Below are positions 17,676 through 26,760 of a DNA stretch of 64,000 bases, piece after piece. The position numbers and the translations under genes are program-made. Under the pieces are notes generated by a model. It worked only from the letters and a program-made list of their open reading frames with translations. It searched no databases and was not told the DNA's origin. Each line of letters starts with the position of its first letter. Position 1 is the stretch's first letter. The stretch is from an uncultured Gemmatimonadales bacterium (GTDB taxonomy: Bacteria; Gemmatimonadota; Gemmatimonadetes; Longimicrobiales; Gaopeijiaceae), in the NCBI GenBank assembly GCA_963809895.1, contig CAWELD010000010.1, forward strand, positions 608,001 to 672,000, written 5' to 3'.

Positions 17676-18401
17676 ATGGCGGAGACGCGACGGTGGTATC
17701 GCTTCGCGACGGAGAGCGTGGCCATCGTCGCCTCTATCCTCGTGGCCTTTGGTATCGACGCCTGGTGGGCTGGCCGGCAGGCCCTTGCTGAAGAGCAGGA
17801 ACTCCTCACCGGACTGGTCGAGGAATTCGAAGGCAACGCGAGTTTGGTCGACGAGACCCTTGAGCGTGGCCTTCAGGCACGCGCTGATCTCCAGCACTTC
17901 CTGTCTCTGAGTTCCGACGAGCTCCGCTCTCCAGGCCTAGCCCTGACGTTCGCGTCAGCATACGAGCCCTTCATCCGAACGTACTCGGTGACGCCGACCG
18001 TCGGCTTCCTTCATGCCACCATCAGCTCCGGCAAGCTTGCCATCATTCGTGATGTCGACCTACGAGCCGCGCTCGCCCGTTTCGATGGTCTGTTCTCGGA
18101 TGCCGCGGAACTCACTTGGTTCACGAATGAACTCAACCTGCAGGCTGCGGAACGACTCGGGGAGCTCGATGAGATTCGGTCTGTGCTTTCGCGCGAATCC
18201 GAGTTGGATGACACGATTCTGGCGCAAATTACTCTCAGTCCCGCCACTATCCGGAGGATGCATAGCGATCCGGAACTGATGCGGGTCGCCACGGCCAAAC
18301 TCCGATATTGGGACGGCTACTTCTTTGAGGTCCGCGCTTTCCGACAAGAGATCGATGCGGTGCTCGCCCTTCTCAGAGCGAACTTGGCGACCCGCAGCTA
18401 A
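17676..18401 (+). CDS. Membrane-anchored helical protein, family X (DUF6090-like)
   Basis: ESVAIVASILVAFGIDAWW; ISSGKLAIIRDVDLRAAL. Confidence 0.75.
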   Translation: MAETRRWYRFATESVAIVASILVAFGIDAWWAGRQALAEEQELLTGLVEEFEGNASLVDETLERGLQARADLQHFLSLSSDELRSPGLALTFASAYEPFIRTYSVTPTVGFLHATISSGKLAIIRDVDLRAALARFDGLFSDAAELTWFTNELNLQAAERLGELDEIRSVLSRESELDDTILAQITLSPATIRRMHSDPELMRVATAKLRYWDGYFFEVRAFRQEIDAVLALLRANLATRS

Positions 18402-18412
18402 GTGGGGGCACG

Positions 18413-18475
18413 GTCTAACAGGCAACTCTTGCTGCAGACCGAGCAATGAATTCGGGGCGCTCGCGTCTTGCAACG
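18413..18475 (+). repeat. attC site, right part deleted
   Basis: GTCTAAC matches cassette start 17638; no R' box. Confidence 0.7.
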
Positions 18476-18499
18476 CGAAACCGACGAGATGGAGGTCGC

Positions 18500-18697
18500 T
18501 TGAAGGCCAAAGAGACCGTACGAGACCTGTTGGACAGACTGCCTGACGATTGCACGCTTGAGGATGTCCTCTACCATCTGTACGTCGTTCAAGCCGTCGA
18601 GCGGGGCCTTGAGGATGCCGAAGCCGGGCGGACCCTGTCGCATGAAGAGGTCCTCGAAGAAATGCGTCGGAAGTGGGTCCTCGGCGCCGCCGGGTAG
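18500..18697 (+). CDS. Small antitoxin (ParE/RelE-associated)
   Basis: LPDDCTLEDVLYHLYV..VERGLEDAEAGRTLSHEEV; TTG start after GGAGG. Confidence 0.75.
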   Translation: MKAKETVRDLLDRLPDDCTLEDVLYHLYVVQAVERGLEDAEAGRTLSHEEVLEEMRRKWVLGAAG

Positions 18698-18780
18698 TCT
18701 GGACCAACGTGGCGAGGCGCGAAATCGATGAGATCGCAGGATTCATCGCTCAGGATTCGCACCAGGCGGCAGCGAGAGGC
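18673..18780 (+). pseudogene. N-terminal fragment of ParE/RelE toxin, in frame with the next gene
   Basis: RVVWTNVARREIDEIAGFIAQDSHQAAAR. Confidence 0.78.
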
Positions 18781-18810
18781 GGAACGACGGCCCAGACAGC
18801 GGAGGCGCTC

Positions 18811-20076
18811 GTGAGACTCGGCACTTCTTCATTCGTGGCGGCCGCACTGGCCGCGTTGTTTGGCTGCGCTGGCGAGTCTAGCTCGTCCTTTGAGCTCGTG
18901 GACAGCGCGGGCGTTGCGATAGGGGTGAACGCAGCCGGCAGCGTCGCGACCGCTAAGACCTGGACTCTCTCGCCTGAGCCCGTCACCGAGATCGGGGGCG
19001 GTGTCAATCCGGCAATTCTACTCTACCGTGTGACGGCCGTGACTCCCCTCGGCAACGGGAGCGTAGCGATCGGCAGCGAGGGTCCAAGTGAAGCGATTGT
19101 GGTTGGCCCGGCCGGTGGCGTCGTTGCGACGTTGGGCAGGGAAGGCGAGGGTCCCGGCGAGTTCGCGGGTGTGGGCTCCGTCATCTCACTGCCGGGCGAC
19201 TCGATTGCGGTATGGGACCCGGATCGGCGTCGGGTCTCCGTGTTCGGCCTCGACGGACGGTTCGGCCGTGAGCTCGACCTGAGCGAAGTGGCCCCTGCGT
19301 CCGTCCGCGCCGCGCCAGACATGAACACTCCGAGTGGCTTCACCCACCTGTTGCCATCTTCCCCAGGCTCCTTCGTGGTACTGGGCGAGGCGGTCATGGC
19401 CCCGGGTGCCGCGGCGGGAGTTATCCGCCCGCAGCTTCCGGCGGTTCGCATCAACTCGGTGGGCGACGAGGTCGCACGGTTCACGCCCCTGCCGGGTCTC
19501 ATGGTTCACGTGGGTGGACCTGCCGGCACCATGCCGGTCCCGTTTAGTCCCCGCCTCTACGCCGTGGCCGCCTCGGGAAACCTCGTCGTAGGCACTGCGG
19601 ACACGACCGAGGTACGGGTGTACGTCCCAACCGGCGGGCTGGCACGGATCATTCGTTGGCCGGATCACGACCGTACGGTCGGGGGAGTGTCTCTGGCGAA
19701 GTGGCGCGAAATGGTCGATTCGCAGGCTGGCACGCGAGATCTGGTCGAGTCGGTACCTCGACCCGAGCGCTTCCCGGCGTACGAAGGGCTCGTTGCCACC
19801 GACCGAGGTGAGATCCTGGTCGGCGAGTATGCTGGGCCGCTCGGCATCTGGCCAATGCGGCGAGCGGACCAGGGCCCAGATATGCTACGGCCTCAACTGA
19901 AGGTGCCGGCGCGCCAGTGGCTGGTGTTCGACCCCGACGGCGAGTTGATCGCTACGCTCGAGACGCCCGGTTCATTTGAGCCATACGCGGTCGAGGACGA
20001 CATGATGTGGGGGGTATACGTCAGCGATCTCGATGTGGAGTCGGTTCGGGCATACGCATTGCACCGAGGCAACTGA
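18811..20076 (+). CDS. Six-bladed beta-propeller (NHL-like) lipoprotein
   Basis: Lipobox LFGC, DSAGV, GREGEGPGEF, WLVFDPDG; own RBS and GTG. Confidence 0.78.
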   Translation: MRLGTSSFVAAALAALFGCAGESSSSFELVDSAGVAIGVNAAGSVATAKTWTLSPEPVTEIGGGVNPAILLYRVTAVTPLGNGSVAIGSEGPSEAIVVGPAGGVVATLGREGEGPGEFAGVGSVISLPGDSIAVWDPDRRRVSVFGLDGRFGRELDLSEVAPASVRAAPDMNTPSGFTHLLPSSPGSFVVLGEAVMAPGAAAGVIRPQLPAVRINSVGDEVARFTPLPGLMVHVGGPAGTMPVPFSPRLYAVAASGNLVVGTADTTEVRVYVPTGGLARIIRWPDHDRTVGGVSLAKWREMVDSQAGTRDLVESVPRPERFPAYEGLVATDRGEILVGEYAGPLGIWPMRRADQGPDMLRPQLKVPARQWLVFDPDGELIATLETPGSFEPYAVEDDMMWGVYVSDLDVESVRAYALHRGN

Positions 20077-20136
20077 GCGCCAGCGGGCCGTCTGCTCTTG
20101 GCGCAGCGGGATTTCGCCGAGCGCTTGACGCATGCG

Positions 20137-20255
20137 CACTTACAAGGGTTTGCTGCTGTCGCGGTAGGCGTCGGGAGTCCGGAGCCGTTCGCCTTGCCGC
20201 TCACGGCCCCGGGTCGGCATCATGGTCGCGCAGCGGAAACCCAAAGTCGTTGGAG
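20137..20255 (+). repeat. attC site (family C), R'' AAC changed to TAC
   Basis: CACTTACAAGGGTTTGCTGCTG...GTTGGAG. Confidence 0.87.
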
Positions 20256-20352
20256 CGTCACCTCCTTGGCACGTGGCGTCGCGACGAAGGACCACCTCCA
20301 GGCCACGGCCATCTGGCCGACCGCAATCACCCTGAATGGACAGGACTGAGCA

Positions 20353-20820
20353 ATGAACTCGGACAAGGTGCTGCGGTGGGCCACGCTGGCGGCGAACCTC
20401 GGGGCCGTTGTCGGCTTGATCTTGCTCGTTCTGGGCCTCAAGCAGAATGAGACACTGATGAGAGCCCAGACGCGCAATGATCTCTCCGTTGGAATCGTCG
20501 ATCTCTTCGCCCGGGTGGCGGAAAACCCGCAACTCGCGAGTTTGCGTCGGCGCGCTGATGCGGGCGAGGATCTCACGCCAGACGAGGCCTACCAGTACGC
20601 GATTATCACGAGAGCCTTCTTTCGCTACTGGGAGAACGTCCACTACCAGTATCGTCAGGGGCTATACGACGAGGAGGAGTTCGGCCGCCAGCGCGAAGCG
20701 TGGCGGAGCTACGCTCAGTCGTCTCCGGCCTTGATCAAGTTCTGGTGCGCGGAAAGAACTCAGTTCTCTCCGGAGTTCGTGTCGGACTTCGACCAACTCC
20801 TTCCGCGGGCGGCCTGCTGA
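20353..20820 (+). CDS. Membrane-anchored protein, family Y
   Basis: N-terminal TM plus KQN..MRAQT, WENVHYQYRQG, FW..FSPEF. Confidence 0.75.
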   Translation: MNSDKVLRWATLAANLGAVVGLILLVLGLKQNETLMRAQTRNDLSVGIVDLFARVAENPQLASLRRRADAGEDLTPDEAYQYAIITRAFFRYWENVHYQYRQGLYDEEEFGRQREAWRSYAQSSPALIKFWCAERTQFSPEFVSDFDQLLPRAAC

Positions 20821-20860
20821 AGCAGAGGCGAATCGCGGCGGTGCGATCATGATCGAGCCT

Positions 20861-22702
20861 CTACCGCGCCAGCCCCAGCCGCTCGAGGATGTAGGCGAAG
20901 CGCGGGTCCCTCCGAGCCTTCTCCAGAGGGAGGATTCGCCACAGGTTATGAAGGTCGTCCGTCTTGTAGGGCATGCTGCGAAACCGCCCCTCCAACACTT
21001 GGAGTGCCCGCGTGGTATCCCCCATCAGCCGCCACTCATCCGCCCACATGAGGGGATACTCAAGCGTCTCCAACACGGCGGTATCCCTGGCGGCCCACGC
21101 GGCCCCAAATGTGTCGATCAGCGATTCATCCCAGGGTGGATCGAGTCGGCGGAAGGCCGCCCGGTGCACCTCGACGGCGCCCTCCACGTCGCCCAACGCC
21201 AGGTGGATTCCCGCGAGGTGATAGTCGGGGCTCCAGTGTGCGGGTGCCTGCGCCACCGCCTTTTCGCACACCGCCTTGGCCTCAACGAGCTCTTTTTCTC
21301 CTACCAGGAGCAGGCAGAGCGCAGTGAGTCGGCTTACGGCCGTCGGATCGAGCTCGACGGCGCGCCGGGCGCTTCGTACCGCCTCCGGGGTCCGGCCGAT
21401 GGCCCCCAACAAATCCGCATACTGTTGGTGCGCCTCCGGATCGTCGGGGTCGATGGACAGGGCCCGCAGGTAGTGGGCCTCGCTCTGATCCCAGTCCCAC
21501 CGATCCCGAAACACGTTGCCGAGTGCGACCTCCGCCGCCGCGTTGCGCGGATCGAGATCCAGGGCACGTCGGGCCGCGGCCTCGCCCGCGTCGAGTGCAG
21601 AAGCCCAGTCGGCCGAGTCCGGCCATGGGGCTCCGAGCGCGGGGTAGTAGGGCAGCAGCGACTGCGCCATCGCCAACCCGGCCCACGCAGGGGCCCAGCC
21701 GGGGTCGAGTGCCGTGGCGCGGGAGAAGAGTCCGATGGACTCGGTCAACCCAGCACCCCGCTCAGCCATCTTCGAACGCCCGAGCAGAAAGAGGTCGTAC
21801 GCCTCGAGATCGGAGGTGGGTGTCACGAGCTGCCCGCCGGCCCCCAGACCAAGCGACACCTGCAGCTCGCTGGCCACCGCCTCTGCGATCTCCGACTGGA
21901 TCCGGAAGATGTCATCGACGGTGTAGTCGTACGTGTCGCTCCACAGGTGGAAGTCACCGGCCGCATCGATGAGCTGGGCCGTGATCCGGCGCTGCGTTCC
22001 CTGCTGGCGGAGGCTCCCCTCAATGAGGTACTGCACGCCAAGCTCGGCGCCGATCTGGCGCAGGTCCCTCTCTTCGCCGCGGTATGCGAAGGACGAGGTA
22101 CGCCCGCTGACCCGTAGCTCCCGGATCTTCGCGAGGGCATTCAGGATCTCCTCCGTCATACCGTCGGTGAAGTACTTCTGGTCCTGGGCCTCGCTCAGGT
22201 CGACGAACGGCAGGACCGCGATGGTGGGGCGAGGATCTTCAGACAAATCTGCGTACGCGACCCGGAGGATCTCCTCCGAACCCGCAGGCTGCGCCGACGC
22301 GGCGGTTGCGGGAGCGTCCTCGGCCGGGGCCGACGCTCGTCCCACCCACCACGCCCCGGCGGTCAAGGCAAGTACCCCGCCCAGGGCCAGGATGCCGGCT
22401 GGCCATCGGCGACTCCCGGGCTCGGCGATGATCGCCTCCAACTCCCCGGCCGCAGCTGGGGCCGTGCGTTTCATCCCCTCGGGGCTCGCCTCGAGGGCCC
22501 ATGCCAGTATCAGAGCGATGGGGAATCCAACGAGGATGAGGAACGTCGTGATCCTCATAACCACCGGAGGGAGCTCCATGGAGCTCGCCAAGAGGTCGGC
22601 CACTTGAAGGACGATGAACCCTGTAGCGCCGTAGACCGTTGCAACCCGAAATACGTTCCGGCGCCGCAGGTCGGCAAAGAAACGCTGATAGGTGTGAGGC
22701 AT
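20861..22702 (-). CDS. TolB-like/FlgO domain plus TPR membrane protein
   Basis: LRRRNVFRVA, IAVLPFVDLS, YLIEGS, HLWSDTYD, TPR repeats. Confidence 0.88.
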   Translation of the reverse strand: MPHTYQRFFADLRRRNVFRVATVYGATGFIVLQVADLLASSMELPPVVMRITTFLILVGFPIALILAWALEASPEGMKRTAPAAAGELEAIIAEPGSRRWPAGILALGGVLALTAGAWWVGRASAPAEDAPATAASAQPAGSEEILRVAYADLSEDPRPTIAVLPFVDLSEAQDQKYFTDGMTEEILNALAKIRELRVSGRTSSFAYRGEERDLRQIGAELGVQYLIEGSLRQQGTQRRITAQLIDAAGDFHLWSDTYDYTVDDIFRIQSEIAEAVASELQVSLGLGAGGQLVTPTSDLEAYDLFLLGRSKMAERGAGLTESIGLFSRATALDPGWAPAWAGLAMAQSLLPYYPALGAPWPDSADWASALDAGEAAARRALDLDPRNAAAEVALGNVFRDRWDWDQSEAHYLRALSIDPDDPEAHQQYADLLGAIGRTPEAVRSARRAVELDPTAVSRLTALCLLLVGEKELVEAKAVCEKAVAQAPAHWSPDYHLAGIHLALGDVEGAVEVHRAAFRRLDPPWDESLIDTFGAAWAARDTAVLETLEYPLMWADEWRLMGDTTRALQVLEGRFRSMPYKTDDLHNLWRILPLEKARRDPRFAYILERLGLAR

Positions 22703-22888
22703 CCGGGAAGATCAACCCAACCGTGGTAGAGGGCAAGAAAGCCACGGCCTCAGTGCCCCCGGTCAGGAGGACCTGATTGAGGCGACGATCCCCCGCTCTA
22801 GCCGACGATGCCAGTGAAGTCTTCCTCTCGGTTTGACATCTCGGCTCGATTAGTGGATCGGTGGGCGGGAGATACGATCCAACAAGCG

Positions 22889-23122
22889 TATCTGGACTCC
22901 CCCGACAGTCGTGCGCGAGTCGGACAGGATAGCAGTCCGCCCGGTCTGCCATCGCAGGGCCGAACGAGCTCCGTGCGGAACCGGGTCGCCCTGCATCGAG
23001 ATCTCCTCCTCGCTGTCGAAGAGCTCCGGGGCATGGTTGCGGACGAGCTGGGTGGTGGCAGCGACCAGGACGCGCGTTCAAACAAGAGTGCTGCCACTCC
23101 GGAGGGGGAGTCTATCGCATCA
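22889..23122 (-). mobile_element. 234-bp non-autonomous element or remnant bounded by IS1111-type ends
   Basis: First 23 bp identical to 16498-16520; last ~38 bp match 17514-17551 with 2 mismatches; preceded by ATCCAACAAGCG. Confidence 0.82.
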
Positions 23123-23474
23123 GTCGGCTAGGATCTTGAGGATCGTCGACGAAGCGTTGGGTACATGAGGGCGCGAGCCCTTAGAGGGGGGACGTCGGGC
23201 GCATGGTTTCGGGTCAGGAGAATCGCCGGTTGAACGAGACCAACGAGCACTTCGCGGTGGCCCGGAGCGTCGACGACGCAGAGCGTCTCTTGGGGCTCCG
23301 TCCAAGAGTGCCAATTGCGGCAGGTGCGACGGTGACTATTTCTACTTCATTGCCAGCACTGAGCTTCGGCCGAAGCACTCGTCCCGGTGGCAGATGCGTG
23401 CTATGGTCGCTTGCAGACGTAGCTCGGCGGCGAGCGACCCCGCACAGGGTCACGTGCGGCTCCCCACGGACGGG

Positions 23475-23948
23475 ATGACAAGGCAGACCATGTCGACCGA
23501 GGAATCCAGCTTCGAGGAGGACCGGATCAGACCCAAGGCGCTTCGTTTCCTCGTCGGTGTTCTCACGTTCCAGGGTGTTAGCGGCATTGGTGGCGGTCTC
23601 GGCCTGTCTCTCGACCCGAGCGGCCAGTCAGTAGGCATTCCGTTGGAATGGCTCCAGGGCTCCCCGTTCTCAGACTATCTCGTCCCGGGTTTGGTTCTGC
23701 TTGTGCTACTGGGAATCGGTCCCCTCGTGGCTGCCTTTGGCGCTTGGACCGGACGACGGTGGTCTTGGGCCACTTCGCTCCTGGTGGCGGCCGGCCTGCT
23801 CATCTGGCTCGGGGTCGAGATTGCAGTGATCGGGTATCAGCCCGAACCCCCTCTGCAGATGGTCTACGGCCTCGTGGCGCTGTCCATTCTCAGTGCTGCC
23901 TACGTGCCTTCCGTCCGCGACTACCTTCGCAATGGGGGGACGACGTGA
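23475..23948 (+). CDS. Hypothetical four-TM membrane protein
   Basis: LQGSPFSDYLVPGLVL motif, hydrophobic helices. Confidence 0.78.
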   Translation: MTRQTMSTEESSFEEDRIRPKALRFLVGVLTFQGVSGIGGGLGLSLDPSGQSVGIPLEWLQGSPFSDYLVPGLVLLVLLGIGPLVAAFGAWTGRRWSWATSLLVAAGLLIWLGVEIAVIGYQPEPPLQMVYGLVALSILSAAYVPSVRDYLRNGGTT

Positions 23949-24041
23949 AGACCGGCCGCGGCCTCGACCACGGACTCCGGTCGAATCGCAAGGGCTGAGG
24001 TCGTCACGTCTGACAACACATGACGTTTGTCGTGAAGCTCG

Positions 24042-24539
24042 TTAGAAGGCGCTGCCTGTGTCTTGGGCCTGGCCCTTGCCCTCGCCGCCGAGATGTGGCT
24101 CCAGTAGGTCACGGAAGTCGCCGGGGAACAGCTCGCCGAACCTCTGCCACGCTGCCCGGATGGCTTGGCGCTGGCCGAACATCGAGACCGTGCGCATGGT
24201 CACACCCCACTGGTCATCATCGACCTGACCCCGTTGCCGGGCCTTGTACAGCGCCCACCAGAATTGGAATACAGTGTACTCCCAGAGGACGTGGCGCTGT
24301 TGGTCGATCTCATCGAGTTGATCGAATCTGTCGGCCCCGGTGACCCACCACTCGGCCGCTTCCCGGTCCAACGCGACTCCCGCCGCGAGCGTGAGGTTGA
24401 AGTTGGACCACATGCTTTCGCTGTTGGCCCGCATCGCCTCGGTGTTCCCTCTGACCTGTCTTGCCAGGTACACGAGGGAGACGATCACGCCGACCGCCGC
24501 CACGAGGTCGCCGACGTACGAGAATTGCTCCAGGTTCAT
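24042..24539 (-). CDS. Membrane-anchored protein, family Y
   Basis: GDLVAAVGVIVSLVYLARQVRGNT. Confidence 0.78.
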   Translation of the reverse strand: MNLEQFSYVGDLVAAVGVIVSLVYLARQVRGNTEAMRANSESMWSNFNLTLAAGVALDREAAEWWVTGADRFDQLDEIDQQRHVLWEYTVFQFWWALYKARQRGQVDDDQWGVTMRTVSMFGQRQAIRAAWQRFGELFPGDFRDLLEPHLGGEGKGQAQDTGSAF

Positions 24540-24639
24540 TGGTGCCCCAGGCGAGAGTCCGGAGGAACGTCGGAGCGAAGCTACGTGGCCCACCGCGGGG
24601 CCACCAGAAACCTGCGCGCTTGGACGGAGGAAGAGATGC

Positions 24640-24900
24640 ACGGAGTTGGGCTTCGTCGCGCCTCTACCGCCGGACTCGGCGACCACCATCTGTCGATTGC
24701 TCTATTCGGCGAGCACCTTCGACGGCGTCCGAGCTCAAGCTGATGCCCTGGTCGGAGCCGGGGATCTCGGGCTCATCACGGATCCATCTCTCCGTCGAAA
24801 TGTGACCGCCTTCCTTCGGGCCGAAGACGACTTCGCAGAAGATGCGGCACGGGTCAACGAGACCGGACTGTCCTTCCTCGAGGCGACGATGGCACACGGG
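24640..24900 (+). pseudogene. Internal fragment of a family X gene
   Basis: DALVGAGDLGLITDPSLRRNV motif with no start region. Confidence 0.55.
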
Positions 24901-25004
24901 GCTATCTCGTCGAAATTCAGAATCTGTCAACCATCATCGACAGCGTGTTGGTCGAGCTTGGTACCGCAAGCTCCGGAGAGTAGTCCCCGTCTGGCGTTAC
25001 CACG

Positions 25005-25511
25005 TCACGTTTGCGACCGAAGCAGATCGTCGAGCCTCGCGTAGCTCACCTCCATGCCGTCGGTCATCCCGGTCTCGAGTGCCTGGTCGCGTGAGATCCT
25101 GGAGCCGTAGTCGATCCGCGTCGTCATGATCGTCACGCCGCCCTGCTCTTCGAACGTCACGGTTACGATCGCCGGTTGATCTCCCATCGTTCCGCCGACG
25201 TCGCCCGGGTCGAACGCCTCGGTATTGCGGATGCGGCTCGGCGCCTCGATCTCGAGGAACTCGCCGTGGAAGCCGAACTGCTTCCCGTCCTCGTCCGCGC
25301 GCCAGCGCCAGCGGAAGGTCCCGCCGACGCGGAGGTCCACCTCGCAGACGGTCATCGTCCAGCCGGGGTATCCCCCCAACCAGCGCTGCTGCAGCTCAGG
25401 GGTCGTGTAGGCCTCGAAGACCAATTCGCGCGGCGCGCGAAACGCTCTCTGGACACGTACCTCGGTGTCGCTGGGCAGTGAAACCTGTGCGGTCTCGGGG
25501 AGGGTCGTCAT
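25005..25511 (-). CDS. SRPBCC/AHSA1 domain protein
   Basis: RAFRAPRELVFEAYT, DLRVGG, ETGMTDGM. Confidence 0.9.
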   Translation of the reverse strand: MTTLPETAQVSLPSDTEVRVQRAFRAPRELVFEAYTTPELQQRWLGGYPGWTMTVCEVDLRVGGTFRWRWRADEDGKQFGFHGEFLEIEAPSRIRNTEAFDPGDVGGTMGDQPAIVTVTFEEQGGVTIMTTRIDYGSRISRDQALETGMTDGMEVSYARLDDLLRSQT

Positions 25512-25543
25512 GTCGTCAGCTCCTCTGGTTCGTGTGTGGTATC

Positions 25544-25900
25544 TCACTCGGATCGCCGCGCCGCCTTCAACTCGTCCAGCACCTCGTCGAGGCGTCGGAA
25601 CTGGGACTCCCACATATCGCGGTATCGCGTGATCCATTCGGATGCGACGTCGAGGGGAGCCGTCTCGAGGCGCCGGAGCCGTCGCGCTCCGTCCGGCTCC
25701 ACCGAGACGAGACCCGCGCGCTCGAGCACCTTGAGGTGCTTGGAGATCGCGGGCTGGGTCATCTCGAAGGGCTCGGTCAGCTCGGTTACCGAGGCTTCTC
25801 CGGTGGCCAGACGAGCGAGAATGGCGCGTCGAGTCGGGTCGGCCAGAGCAAAGAAGGTGGCGTCGAGTCGCTGGTCAGCCTGCGGCGTAGTAATAACCAT
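25544..25900 (-). CDS. ArsR/SmtB transcription factor
   Basis: FFALADPTRRAIL, QPAISKHLKVLERAGLV; palindrome CGTTATATAACG upstream. Confidence 0.9.
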   Translation of the reverse strand: MVITTPQADQRLDATFFALADPTRRAILARLATGEASVTELTEPFEMTQPAISKHLKVLERAGLVSVEPDGARRLRRLETAPLDVASEWITRYRDMWESQFRRLDEVLDELKAARRSE

Positions 25901-26008
25901 ATCGTTATATAACGGTTCGGTGATGGTCGTGCAAGGTCGCCATGTGACGAGGGATCCGCGCTCCGTGACTCGTGCCGGGATTCCACCGGAAGGGATGATG
26001 GAGCTGCA

Positions 26009-26112
26009 TTCCAACAGGCGACCGCTACCGCGTGCGCGACGATCGGAAGGGTCGCGTGCGAGGTGCGCGGACAGCATCGTGAAGGCACGCAGCCGATCGC
26101 AAATCCTCAGAG
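26009..26112 (+). repeat. Degenerate attC (family B)
   Basis: TTCCAAC..AAGGGTCGCGTGCGAGG..CATCGT..GGCACGCAG..; R' broken. Confidence 0.78.
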
Positions 26113-26150
26113 CGAGGCACGACCTGAGCCTCGCGGGAGACCGGGATGCA

Positions 26151-26510
26151 ATGGCCAGAGTAGCCTCAGTCATTCCGACCCTTCGCGTGACGAAGGTCGA
26201 GGACTCGCTGCCAATCTACCAAGCCCTTGGCTTTGAGGTCGCTTGGCAGCACCAGCTCCAGCCCTCTGGGCCCAGACTGACAGCCCTCGCTCAAGACGCG
26301 AAGCAGGTGTTCCTGACCGAGCATCCCATCGCACCCGTCGGCGCTGTCGTCCACTTCATGGTCGAGGGACTCGACGAGATAGTGGGGCGTGCCAAGTCCG
26401 CCGGCTTCGACCCGACGTTTGGCCCCGAACTCCGGCCTTGGGGTGACCGCGAAGCGTACTTTGCAGATCCCGACGGCAATATCTTGAGATTCGGAGAGAG
26501 TTCGGGCTGA
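26151..26510 (+). CDS. VOC/glyoxalase/bleomycin-resistance family protein
   Basis: YQALGF, PWGDREAYFADPDGNILRF. Confidence 0.88.
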   Translation: MARVASVIPTLRVTKVEDSLPIYQALGFEVAWQHQLQPSGPRLTALAQDAKQVFLTEHPIAPVGAVVHFMVEGLDEIVGRAKSAGFDPTFGPELRPWGDREAYFADPDGNILRFGESSG

Positions 26511-26592
26511 CGCGGCGGCGGGCTGTTCGGCTTGCACTTCACAGCCGGCGGTCAGCAGATTGCCCCCGCAGAAGAAACGCTAGTCGTTAGCG
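26506..26592 (+). repeat. Degenerate attC (family A), left arm lost
   Basis: TGTTCGGCTTGCACTTCACA..GTCGTTAGCG. Confidence 0.78.
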
Positions 26593-26760
26593 GTATGCCC
26601 AGAGGGCCGACAGTGGTGAGATCATCCGCTTGGGCGACGGGCGAGCTCAGCCCCGCGCGAGTCCAGGCAGCGAAGACCGGCCAGGGCCCAATTCCTGCTA
26701 CTTGGGAGGCGCTGACGGACGTGATCGAGTGCCCCGGAAGCGAGTGGAACTTGAGCGGTC

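Noticed and set aside
16700..17791. 363-aa plus-strand ORF
   Set aside because: Antisense to the transposase and crosses IS and attC boundaries
1230..20255. Repeats as a CRISPR array
   Set aside because: Repeats are over 100 bp, separated by whole genes, and carry attC cores; no cas genes
20849..22117. 422-aa plus-strand ORF
   Set aside because: Antisense shadow of the TPR gene in high-GC DNA
23160..23470. Gene remnant (AVARSVDDA, VRR-NUC-like)
   Set aside because: Motif too short to support a call
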